A DNA stretch of 64,000 bases from Patescibacteria group bacterium (lineage in GTDB: Bacteria; Patescibacteriota; Minisyncoccia; Moranbacterales; JAKLHP01): assembly GCA_043803385.1 (NCBI GenBank), contig JAZDKA010000009.1, positions 3,092-67,091 of the forward strand. Reading direction: 5' to 3'. The position numbers were made by a program, and so were the translations under genes. Of the stretch, positions 10,034 to 19,015 are shown piece by piece. Each line of letters starts with the position of its first letter. The stretch's first letter is position 1. The notes under the pieces were generated by a model, which saw only the letters and a program-made list of their open reading frames with translations, was not told the DNA's origin and ran no database searches.

Positions 10034-11158
10034 ATGTTTGAAATAGTAAACTCTAACGGGAAAAAAAGAATAGGAAAATTATTGACTAACCATGGGGAGC
10101 TCGAAACTCCCTTTTTTATGCCTGATGCGACCAGGGGATTTGTGAGGTCTTTGGATAATGAAGATTTAATTAAGGCCAGCGTCAGTCCAATAGTAGTCAA
10201 TACTTATCATCTCTACTTAAAGCCCGGAATGGAATTAATAAAAAAGGCTGGAGGCATTCATAATTTTATGAACTGGCAAAAACCTCTCCTTTCTGACTCC
10301 GGCGGATACCAAGTTTTTTCCCTGATTCACAAAAATCCAAAAATGGGAAAAATTACCAAGAATGAAGTTATCTTCAAATCTCCGTATGACGGCTCAATCC
10401 ACAAATTAACGCCCGAAAAATCAATCCAGATCCAGTTTGATCTGGGAGTGGATATGATGGTGTGCCTGGATGATCCGCCACCCAATAATTATTCCAAGGA
10501 AAAAATAGAAAAAGCGGTGGAAAGAACGATAATATGGGCGGAAAGATGCAAGAAAGAATATAATAAACAAGTTAAAAGTCGAAAGCTTAAAGTCAAAAGC
10601 CAGCCGCTTATTTTCGGAGTAATTCAGGGCGGAAAATATCTAGATCTCCGAAAGCATTGCGCGGAAGAATTGGTTAAAATCGGTTTTGATGGATATGGTT
10701 TCGGAGCCAGGCATATTGATGAGGAAGGAAATATTATGGATAAAGTCCTGGAAGAAGTGGCCAGCTACATACCGGAAAATTCCTTGCGCTTTGCTTTAGG
10801 GGTAGGAACGCCGGAAGATATTGTTAAATGCGTAAATTATGGATGGGATATGTTTGACTGCGTCATTCCGACAAGAGAAGGAAGGCACGGTCGGATTTTC
10901 GTTAGAAAATCCGAAGTCAAAAGTCAAAAGTCAAAAGTCAAAAGTGATTTCTATGAAACAATAAATATCAATAATGAGAAATATGCCAATGATTTTTCGA
11001 AAGTTGATGAAAATTGCGGCTGTGAAATGTGCCAAAATTATTCCAAATCCTATATGCGGTATTTATTCTCCCAGAAAGAGCCGATGGCCATGCGCCTCGC
11101 CAGCCTCCATAATCTAAAATTCTATATGGATTTGATGGAAAATTTAAGAAATAAATAA
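10034..11158 (+). CDS. tgt: tRNA-guanine transglycosylase
   Basis: ETPFFMP, NTYHL, DSGGYQVFSL, DMFDCVIPTR, CxCxxC...H zinc site. Confidence 0.95.
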   Translation: MFEIVNSNGKKRIGKLLTNHGELETPFFMPDATRGFVRSLDNEDLIKASVSPIVVNTYHLYLKPGMELIKKAGGIHNFMNWQKPLLSDSGGYQVFSLIHKNPKMGKITKNEVIFKSPYDGSIHKLTPEKSIQIQFDLGVDMMVCLDDPPPNNYSKEKIEKAVERTIIWAERCKKEYNKQVKSRKLKVKSQPLIFGVIQGGKYLDLRKHCAEELVKIGFDGYGFGARHIDEEGNIMDKVLEEVASYIPENSLRFALGVGTPEDIVKCVNYGWDMFDCVIPTREGRHGRIFVRKSEVKSQKSKVKSDFYETININNEKYANDFSKVDENCGCEMCQNYSKSYMRYLFSQKEPMAMRLASLHNLKFYMDLMENLRNK

Positions 11159-11159
11159 A

Positions 11160-11212
11160 GTTATCCACAAGGCTGGCATTGACAGAAATACTGATAGTGA
11201 TACAATATCACC
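11160..11212 (+). promoter_or_regulatory. DnaA box + sigma70 promoter with palindromic operator over -10 (copy 1)
   Basis: TTATCCACA 11161; TTGACA 11179; TGaTACAAT; GTGATA-CAA-TATCAC 11197-11211. Confidence 0.8.
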
Positions 11213-11411
11213 ATAGAAACATCTAAATAAAAACAAGCCATGGACCACAACGGGCGACGCTTGTTTTCCTAGATGCTATGAATAATAACATCTAATGTGA
11301 GTATAGCATCATTCAATAATCTGTCAAGTTGAAATTTTCCCGATGAGTTGATAATAAAGCCGAAATATGAGAATATTAAGATGTTGATAAATATTAAATA
11401 AACTTAAAAAT

Positions 11412-12170
11412 ATGAGTCTAGTAATCGCAACATATGTGCCGGAAGGCATAGTCATGGCGTCCGACAGCCGGCAATCTATAACGCTTGAAGGTAAAACACC
11501 CGATGGCAAAGATTTACCGAAAATCGACACAGTAAATTCCGATAACGTCTATAAAACCTATCTTATATCCAGAAAAGATAATGATGGAAAACCGATTTTT
11601 GAAATTGGCATTAGTTCTTTTGGTCAGGATCTTTTAGGCGGCATTCCCACTGCCAGCCATATAAAAAGATTCACGGAAGAAGAATTGACAGATGAAGATG
11701 ACATCACGATAATTCCCAAGAAGCTAGTTGATTTTTTTATAAAATTATTTCCAAAAGCAGACACAGGATTTCATGTTGCCGGGTATAAAAAAGAAGGAAA
11801 GATAAGTATCCCATATATTTTCAATTGTCATGTGGCTAAAAATATAGTTGAAAGAAGAAACGAAAAACCTGATAAAACATTAGCCTATGGAGCGACTTGG
11901 TCAGGACAAATCGATGTTTTGGCGGGGATTTTACAGCCCTCCGCATTGCCAGGTCCCGAGGGAAAAACTTTAACGATGCCAAAACCGCCGATAATTTGGG
12001 ACGCAATGGCGCTTCAAGACGCGATTGACTTTTCCACTTATGCGATAAGGACAACGATTGACACTATTCGTTTTCAAGCACGACCGAAAAATGTCGGTGG
12101 TCCCATTGATGTTTTAGTAATTACTCCCGATGGAGCAAAATGGATTCAAAGAAAAGAATTAAAAGGATAA
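11412..12170 (+). CDS. Proteasome beta-subunit-like Ntn hydrolase (Ser1 nucleophile)
   Basis: M-SLVIATYVPEGIVMASDSR gives Ser1/Asp17/Arg19 in proteasome numbering; FHVAGY; VGGPIDVLVIT. Confidence 0.8.
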   Translation: MSLVIATYVPEGIVMASDSRQSITLEGKTPDGKDLPKIDTVNSDNVYKTYLISRKDNDGKPIFEIGISSFGQDLLGGIPTASHIKRFTEEELTDEDDITIIPKKLVDFFIKLFPKADTGFHVAGYKKEGKISIPYIFNCHVAKNIVERRNEKPDKTLAYGATWSGQIDVLAGILQPSALPGPEGKTLTMPKPPIIWDAMALQDAIDFSTYAIRTTIDTIRFQARPKNVGGPIDVLVITPDGAKWIQRKELKG

Positions 12171-12180
12171 AAATAAGTTT

Positions 12181-12873
12181 ATGGAAAAAGAAATTTCTAA
12201 ATATTTGGTTGTTGATGCTTCTGGTTTAGACCCCATCAGGTATTCAATTAAAAGTGGTTGGATGAAAATGGAGGATATAAATAAATTTTTAGAGAGTGGT
12301 AAGATACAAATATGTATAACAAATTCCGCTTTACAATGTGGAGAATTTAGTTATTCTGAAACGCCAGATCTCTTTACTCATAATATAATTAATTCTGGCA
12401 CAAATTCTTCTGTGTATATTAAAGACGAAAAAGTGCTAAAACGTGGCATAAGTTTCTGGCTTACTTCTAATGGTACAATTACACTCGATCAAAGTTTATC
12501 TAAAAACGGACTAGAATTTAGTGTTTTTAATACGACAAGCGGAACTCTGTCTGATTGTTCAAAATTATCCGTTCCGGATAAATCAGCCATTTCTTTAGCA
12601 AGATATCTTTTAAATATTAAAAAGACTGCGATTCTGGTTCATGACAAAAAAATACGAAAACAAGCTCGATGTAAAAAAATTTCTTTTTATGGTTCTGCCT
12701 CATTTCTTGCAGGTATGGCTATTTCCAGGATATATGCATATCAAAAAGCTACAAGGTTGTATTATAAATGGAAAAATCAGGATAAACGTTGGATACCAAA
12801 TAAGATGAATTTTAAAGAAGTATTAGGTATTGAAAAATTACGTTTTCAAAAAGGAGAAAGTTTTTGGCTATAA
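12181..12873 (+). CDS. PIN-domain protein (putative RNase)
   Basis: LVVDAS, LSVPDKSAISLA, ILVHDKKIRKQA...ISFYGS pattern resembling DUF3368-type PIN domains. Confidence 0.65.
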   Translation: MEKEISKYLVVDASGLDPIRYSIKSGWMKMEDINKFLESGKIQICITNSALQCGEFSYSETPDLFTHNIINSGTNSSVYIKDEKVLKRGISFWLTSNGTITLDQSLSKNGLEFSVFNTTSGTLSDCSKLSVPDKSAISLARYLLNIKKTAILVHDKKIRKQARCKKISFYGSASFLAGMAISRIYAYQKATRLYYKWKNQDKRWIPNKMNFKEVLGIEKLRFQKGESFWL

Positions 12874-12889
12874 CGATTAGTTTTTATCT

Positions 12890-12946
12890 ATGAAAAATAG
12901 GACATTATATTTCGGTGATAATTTAGAAATACTCCGCAAGAAAATT
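12890..12946 (+). pseudogene. N-terminal stub of a DNA methyltransferase
   Basis: MKNRTLYFGDNLEILRKKI, then frame runs into the next promoter and stops at 13000. Confidence 0.7.
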
Positions 12947-12955
12947 ACGGAAACC

Positions 12956-12984
12956 TTGACTTTTGGCTTAAAATACGCTATAAT
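12956..12984 (+). promoter_or_regulatory. sigma70 promoter
   Basis: TTGACT-N17-TATAAT. Confidence 0.75.
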
Positions 12985-13136
12985 TAGACATAGTGAATAG
13001 AAAGCCTAGCAAAGAAGGCTTTAAAAAAGGGGAAATTGGAAGGGTGTTTCGAGGGTGAAACACTTTTTTGTTTTTTCCTGTAAATTACGCCAGCCCAAGG
13101 CTGGTCCGCCTATGGCGGAAATATGCGAATATTATT

Positions 13137-13988
13137 ATGAAAATTAAGGAATTATTTAAAAAAAGAAGGATAGTTTATTCAGCTACGGTCTTAGCTGTGT
13201 TTTTTGCCTGCTTTAATTTTGCTTTTGCCAGTGAGATTACCAGGGAAAATATTGTAAATCTGGTCAATCAGTCAAGAACGGAAAACGGGCTTCCTGCCCT
13301 TTCCGAGAACGAAAAACTCGATAAGGCCGCCCAGGACAAGGCAAATGATATGATAGCCAATAATTATTTTGCCCATACTTCTCCCAGCGGGATAACACCT
13401 TGGTTTTGGATCGAAAAAAACGGATACGATTACCAATATGCCGGAGAAAATCTGGCACTTGGATTTTCAACAGTGGAAAATGAACACCAAGCGTGGATGA
13501 ACAGCCCGACTCACAAAAAAAATATTCTTAATACTAATTATGAAGAAATTGGGGTTGCAGTTGGCAAAGGAGTGATAGAAAATAACACGGTAACTGTTGC
13601 TGTCCAAACATTTGGAACGCAAGCCGGAAGTTTAAAAGAAGAAAAAAAAGAAAATAATATTCCGGACATTAAGCCGAAAAATGATGGCAACGGAATTGTC
13701 CTTAACCTGGACGGATCAAAAAATTCCGGAAGCGGAAATTCCAGCGATTTGTTCAAGGGAAATGAATTTAAGCTCAAGGCAAACTGGTCTAGCGTGAAAG
13801 AATTTTTATCTAATCCCTGGATTGCGTCAATGGTTATCGTTCTGGCATTTTGCCTAATTATAAATATTTTTGTGCTAATGATAATATTTCTGCATCATGC
13901 CAACAACAGGTTGAGAAAAAATCAGGAAGCATTTAAAATGGTTAATACAATAATTATTCTATTGATCATTGCCTCGATAACATTCTAA
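13137..13988 (+). CDS. CAP (SCP) domain membrane protein
   Basis: LVNQSR..NGL, KANDM...YFAH, AGENLA, WMNSPTHKKNIL; N- and C-terminal TM segments. Confidence 0.92.
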   Translation: MKIKELFKKRRIVYSATVLAVFFACFNFAFASEITRENIVNLVNQSRTENGLPALSENEKLDKAAQDKANDMIANNYFAHTSPSGITPWFWIEKNGYDYQYAGENLALGFSTVENEHQAWMNSPTHKKNILNTNYEEIGVAVGKGVIENNTVTVAVQTFGTQAGSLKEEKKENNIPDIKPKNDGNGIVLNLDGSKNSGSGNSSDLFKGNEFKLKANWSSVKEFLSNPWIASMVIVLAFCLIINIFVLMIIFLHHANNRLRKNQEAFKMVNTIIILLIIASITF

Positions 13989-14007
13989 AAACCAATATTT
14001 TTGATAG

Positions 14008-14094
14008 TTCATCCCCCACCACTTTTTCTTGTAAATAGTAATTTATGGAAAAATTTAGTCTAACTAGGAAATTTCGAGTGAAAGTGGTGGGGGA
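14008..14094. repeat. TCCCC-CACC family inverted-repeat element
   Basis: TCCCCCACCACTTT 14012-25 / AAAGTGGTGGGGGA 14081-94, 14-bp perfect IR. Confidence 0.8.
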
Positions 14095-14239
14095 CAAGAA
14101 ATAAAAATAAATAAAAAACAAAAAACTAAAGACAAAATTCTTTGTCTTTGCCCTTCGAGGGCAAACAATAGCAAATCAAATCCCGAGAAATCGGGATTTT
14201 TGCTTGAAATAACTTACTTATTAAGCTATACTATCAGAT

Positions 14240-15535
14240 ATGGAATATTTTGAGATTATTGGGGGAAAAAAGCTGAAAGGCGCGATTGAAGTCAGGGGAT
14301 CTAAGAACGCCACTACCCCTATTTTGGCAGCTTGTCTTCTAACCAAAGAAAAATGCGTAATTTCCAACATTCCTCTAATTGAGGATGTTTTTAGAATGCT
14401 CGAGATTATTGGGAGCTTGAGCGCTAAAGTTTCATGGAAAGGAAAAAGAACTATTGAAATCGAAGCCAAGAATGTTGATGCTTCAAAAATGGATCTGGTG
14501 GCGGTAAAAAAGCTTCGTTCTTCGATATTGCTGTTAGGCGCTCTTTCCGGAAGACTGGAAAATTTTAAAATTCCTTATCCCGGAGGATGCACTATTGGAG
14601 CCAGACCACTCGATACTCATTTCGATGCTCTTTCGAAGATGGGGGTAAAGATAAGAGATAAGAGATTCGGGATAGAGATAGAGAAGAATAAAAAAATAGA
14701 TTGTTATGAGGTTAATGCAAGAGGCAGGCATAGTAATTCGATAGTTCTTAAAGAATTTTCAGTTACCGGAACGGAGAATGCGATGATGCTAGCCGCTTCT
14801 ATCCCTGGAAAAACTGTAATAAAAATAGCAGCTTCTGAACCGCATGTTGAAGACCTGGGAAAATTTTTGATAAAAATGGGGGCTGAAATAAAAGGATTAG
14901 GAACGCATACTTTGGAAATTTGGGGAAACAAGAATCTTAAAGGAATTAGACATGATGTTATTCCCGATGCCAATGAAGCGGCAACCTTTCTGATTATGGG
15001 CGTAGCCACCAGAAGTCCGATTGTTGTCAAAAATGCCAGAAGAGATCATCTGGATTTGGTTTTGGAGAAACTCAAGGAATTCGGAGCTAATTTTAAAATA
15101 AAAGGAAATAGCATCCAGGTTATTCCTCCGAAACTAATCAAAGCTGTTTCCAAAGTCGATACTCGTCCATATCCCGGAATTCCGACCGACGCTCAAGCTC
15201 CATTTGGAGTTTTGGCAACGCAAGCCAAAGGAAAAACATTTATTCACGATTCATTATATGAAGGACGCTTTAACTATATTTCTGAAATAGAAAAAATGGG
15301 AGCCAAGGCCAAAGTGCTGGATGTCCATCGGGCAATTATTCAAGGACCGACAAAACTCAAGGGGAAAACAATAGAAAGCTTTGATCTTCGGGCTGGCGCA
15401 TCTCTTATAATCGCGGCTCTGGTCGCAGAGGGTAAAACTATTATCCAAAATATTTATCAAGTAGACAGGGGATATGAACGCATAGAAGAGAGATTATCGA
15501 AGTTGGGAGCGGAGATAAAGAGAATAACTAAATAA
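14240..15535 (+). CDS. murA: UDP-N-acetylglucosamine 1-carboxyvinyltransferase
   Basis: GSKNA, PGGCTIGARPLD, PYPGIPTD, DLRAGA, DRGYE motifs. Confidence 0.96.
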   Translation: MEYFEIIGGKKLKGAIEVRGSKNATTPILAACLLTKEKCVISNIPLIEDVFRMLEIIGSLSAKVSWKGKRTIEIEAKNVDASKMDLVAVKKLRSSILLLGALSGRLENFKIPYPGGCTIGARPLDTHFDALSKMGVKIRDKRFGIEIEKNKKIDCYEVNARGRHSNSIVLKEFSVTGTENAMMLAASIPGKTVIKIAASEPHVEDLGKFLIKMGAEIKGLGTHTLEIWGNKNLKGIRHDVIPDANEAATFLIMGVATRSPIVVKNARRDHLDLVLEKLKEFGANFKIKGNSIQVIPPKLIKAVSKVDTRPYPGIPTDAQAPFGVLATQAKGKTFIHDSLYEGRFNYISEIEKMGAKAKVLDVHRAIIQGPTKLKGKTIESFDLRAGASLIIAALVAEGKTIIQNIYQVDRGYERIEERLSKLGAEIKRITK

Positions 15536-15553
15536 TTTTTTGAGAAAAATGGC

Positions 15554-16561
15554 ATGTTCATCAGAAAGATCGGAATAGATTTAGGCACTGCGAATACGCT
15601 AGTCTTTGTTCCTGGCAAAGGTGTTGTTGTTAATGAGCCTTCAGTAGTAGCTGTGTCGCTCACCGAAAACAAGATTTTGGCAGTGGGAAATGAAGCCAAA
15701 GAAATGATAGGAAGGACTCCCGATAATATTGTTGCCAGCCGGCCGCTTAAAGACGGAGTTATTGCTGATTATAGGGTAACCGAGGCAATGCTCAAATATT
15801 TTATCAACAAAGTAAGCGGAAAAGTGAGATTTTTTCGTCCGGAAGTGATGATTTCTATTCCTGCCGGAGTTACTTCCACCGAGAGAAGAGCGGTTGTCAA
15901 TGCGGCGATTAAGGCAGGGGCAAAGTCTGCTTATGTCGTAAAAGAGCCTCTTTTGGCGGCTATTGGCGCCGGAATAGCAGTGAATAACGCTCAAGGAAAT
16001 ATAATAATCGATGTTGGAGGAGGAACTTCAGAAATCGCTGTCATTTCGCTTGGAGGAATTGTGGCTGCTCATAGCGCCAGGGTCGGGGGAAACAAACTTG
16101 ACCAGGCTATTTCTGACTATATCAAAAGAAAATTCGGATTGGTAATAGGCGAAAGAACAGCGGAGGAAGTAAAGATTTCTATTGGTTCGGCAATCGCCCA
16201 AGTCAAGGAAGAATATATGGAAATTAGAGGAAGAGACTTGATGGGAGGGCTTCCCAAAATAATTAAAATTTCTTCTAATGAAGTGACGGAAGCTATCCAA
16301 GACGAACTTCGGGAAATTATTAATGCGATTAAAAAAGTTTTTCAAGAAACTCCTCCAGAACTCGCTGCTGATGTGATTGACAAAGGAATGGTTCTTTCCG
16401 GAGGAGGGGCGCTGCTTCGAAATCTTGACCAGTTAATAACAAGAACTATCGGGGTGCCGTGCTATGTGGCTGACAATCCATTGTTTTGCGTTATCAAAGG
16501 AATTGGAGTTGCGCTTGATAATTTAGAAACATACAAAAGGACGATAATGATGACGAAATAG
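15554..16561 (+). CDS. mreB: Rod shape-determining protein MreB/Mbl
   Basis: IGIDLGTANT, EPSVVA, RPLKDGVIAD, DVGGGTSE, GGGALL. Confidence 0.96.
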   Translation: MFIRKIGIDLGTANTLVFVPGKGVVVNEPSVVAVSLTENKILAVGNEAKEMIGRTPDNIVASRPLKDGVIADYRVTEAMLKYFINKVSGKVRFFRPEVMISIPAGVTSTERRAVVNAAIKAGAKSAYVVKEPLLAAIGAGIAVNNAQGNIIIDVGGGTSEIAVISLGGIVAAHSARVGGNKLDQAISDYIKRKFGLVIGERTAEEVKISIGSAIAQVKEEYMEIRGRDLMGGLPKIIKISSNEVTEAIQDELREIINAIKKVFQETPPELAADVIDKGMVLSGGGALLRNLDQLITRTIGVPCYVADNPLFCVIKGIGVALDNLETYKRTIMMTK

Positions 16562-16562
16562 T

Positions 16563-17690
16563 ATGAAAATTGGCATTGATGCTTCGCGGGCTTTTATCAA
16601 AAACCGCACTGGCATTGAAGAATATTCCTATCAAGTAATTAAGAACCTGATGAATAAGTTAGAAGAACATCAGGTTATTTTGTATATAAGGCGGAGTCAA
16701 AAGTCAAAAGTCGAAAGTCAAAAGCTTCCGGAAAGCTGGAGGATAAAAGTTATAAAATGGCCGTATTTATGGACTCAAGTCGGATTATCGCTGGAATTAT
16801 TTTTCCATACAGTAGACGTCTTATTTATTCCAGCGCATACTGTTCCCTGCATACATCCTAAAAACACAATAGTGACAATTCATGGTTTAGAATATGAATT
16901 TTGTCCTAAGGCATATTCATTTTGGGCAAGATTATATATGCGCTGGTCGATAAAAAATTCCTGCAAATGGGCAAAGACTATTATAGCTGTTTCTAATAAT
17001 ACCAAGAATGATTTAGTTAAATTATATAATGTTCCAGAAGAGAAAATAAACGTAGTATATGAAGGAACAAATTTAATTAAAAATTTAAAAATCAAAAATC
17101 AAAATGACAATTCAAAATTCAAAATTGATAAATACTTATTGTTTATTGGCAGATTAGAAAAGCGAAAAAATATTTTGGGAATAATTGAAGCTTTTGAAAT
17201 ATTAAAAGAAAAATATAAAATTCCGCATAAGTTAGTTTTAGCAGGTGAACCCGGATACGGATATCAAAATGCAAAAACCAAAATGCAAAAATCAAAATAT
17301 AGGAATGAAATTATTTTCAATGGATTTATTGGGGATGAGGAAAAATATAACTTACTGAAAAATGCGGATGTTTTTTTATTCCCCAGTTTTTATGAGGGCT
17401 TTGGATTGCCGATTTTAGAAGCGCAAAGTGCCGGCGTGCCGGTCGTAACGTCAAATATATCTTCGATACCCGAGATTACAGGAGCTAAGCTCCTTGAGCT
17501 CAAGGAGCTTAGCTCCTGTTCGGCAATATTGATAAATCCTAACAAACCAGATGAAATAGCCAAAGCGGCATACAAGTTTATTTCCGATGAAAATTTGAGA
17601 AATGATATAATAAATAAAGGGTTTGAGAATGTGAAAAGATTTAGTTGGGAGAAATGTGCAAATGAAATTAGCAAGCTAATTTTATGCTAA
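16563..17690 (+). CDS. Glycosyltransferase family 4
   Basis: MKIGIDASR; FPSFYEGFGLPILEA. Confidence 0.92.
   Translation: MKIGIDASRAFIKNRTGIEEYSYQVIKNLMNKLEEHQVILYIRRSQKSKVESQKLPESWRIKVIKWPYLWTQVGLSLELFFHTVDVLFIPAHTVPCIHPKNTIVTIHGLEYEFCPKAYSFWARLYMRWSIKNSCKWAKTIIAVSNNTKNDLVKLYNVPEEKINVVYEGTNLIKNLKIKNQNDNSKFKIDKYLLFIGRLEKRKNILGIIEAFEILKEKYKIPHKLVLAGEPGYGYQNAKTKMQKSKYRNEIIFNGFIGDEEKYNLLKNADVFLFPSFYEGFGLPILEAQSAGVPVVTSNISSIPEITGAKLLELKELSSCSAILINPNKPDEIAKAAYKFISDENLRNDIINKGFENVKRFSWEKCANEISKLILC
17478..17519. repeat. Perfect 42-bp palindrome in frame within GT4 gene
   Basis: ACAGGAGCTAAGCTCCTTGAG|CTCAAGGAGCTTAGCTCCTGT. Confidence 0.95.
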
Positions 17691-18850
17691 AAAAAGATTT
17701 AAAAATAGCATTAGTCCATGACTTTCTGGTTCAATATGGCGGGGCGGAGAGGGTTTTGGAAGTGATTTCAGAAATGTTTCCGGAAGCGCCGATTTATACA
17801 TTACTTTATGATAAAGAAAAACAAGGGAATAAATTCAGAAATAAGGAAATTCGAACTTCATATCTCCAAAAATTTCCCAAATTTTTGCGGAAGCATTATC
17901 AATGGCTCCTGCCTTTTTTCATGGTAGCTCCGGAAACGTTCGACCTTCGCGATTTTGATATGGTGATTTCCTCAACCGGAGCTTGGTCTAAGGGAATCAT
18001 CGCTAGGCTTAATACTATCCATATTTCATATCTTCATTCTCCGATGAGATTTGTCTGGGACCACAATGAAGAATATCTGAAAGAAGAAAAGAAAAGGTGC
18101 TTTTTTGCAAGAATTATATTAAATTATGTCCGGATGTGGGATAAATTGGCAGCAGAAAGACCGGATTATTTGATTGCTAATTCAAAATATACACAAAGCC
18201 GTATTTCTAAGTATTATCGCAGAAGCAGCACTGTTATATATCCGCCGGCATATGATGAAAATAAAGATTTTAAATTCCAAATTCCAAATCCTAAATCCGA
18301 AACAAATTTAAATAATCAAACTACAAACTACAAACTACAAGCTACAAACTATTTTTTGATTGTTTCCCGTCTTTCTCCTTATAAAAAAGTCGATTTGGCG
18401 ATTGAGGCTTTCAATAAATTGGGATTGCCGCTAGTAGTAATCGGAGAAGGAAAACAGAAAAAATATCTTGAGAAGATTGCTAAGGACAATATTAAAATTT
18501 TAGGCTGGGTTGATGAAAATAAATTAAGGGATTATTATTCTAAGGCTAGGGCTTTTATCTTTCCTTCCTGTGATGATTTCGGAATGACAATAGTGGAGGC
18601 AATGAGCTATGGAGTACCTGTTATTGCTTATGAAAAAGGAGGAGCGCTGGAAATAATTGAAGAAGGAAAAACCGGAGAATTTTTCGAGGCTCAAACGGCG
18701 GAAGTATTGGCAGACGGAGTGAGAAGATTAATGGAAAATGAAAATAATTACAAGAAAGAAGATATAATCAATAAAGCAAGGGAGTTTTCGGTTGATAGAT
18801 TTAAGAGAGAATTAAGAGAATTTATAAACAAAGTAATTAGATTTAACTAA
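17684..18850 (+). CDS. Glycosyltransferase family 4
   Basis: KIALVHDFL..YGGAERV, HSPMRFVWD, DFGMTIVEAM. Confidence 0.92.
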   Translation: MLKKDLKIALVHDFLVQYGGAERVLEVISEMFPEAPIYTLLYDKEKQGNKFRNKEIRTSYLQKFPKFLRKHYQWLLPFFMVAPETFDLRDFDMVISSTGAWSKGIIARLNTIHISYLHSPMRFVWDHNEEYLKEEKKRCFFARIILNYVRMWDKLAAERPDYLIANSKYTQSRISKYYRRSSTVIYPPAYDENKDFKFQIPNPKSETNLNNQTTNYKLQATNYFLIVSRLSPYKKVDLAIEAFNKLGLPLVVIGEGKQKKYLEKIAKDNIKILGWVDENKLRDYYSKARAFIFPSCDDFGMTIVEAMSYGVPVIAYEKGGALEIIEEGKTGEFFEAQTAEVLADGVRRLMENENNYKKEDIINKAREFSVDRFKRELREFINKVIRFN

Positions 18851-18854
18851 TTTT

Positions 18855-18968
18855 ATCCCGCAACAAATTTTTATATTGCCGGGATATAATCGAAACTATT
18901 AATTTCAAAAACGCCTAACGGCTTTCCTGGTTAATATTATAGATTTTTGTTAGAAATTTGTGCGGGAT
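18855..18968. repeat. TCCCGCAC family inverted-repeat element
   Basis: ATCCCGCAACAAATTT ... AAATTTGTGCGGGAT. Confidence 0.75.
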
Positions 18969-19015
18969 GCTCATTTTTCTAGCAAAAATTATAAATAATT
19001 TTTGAGAAAAATGGC

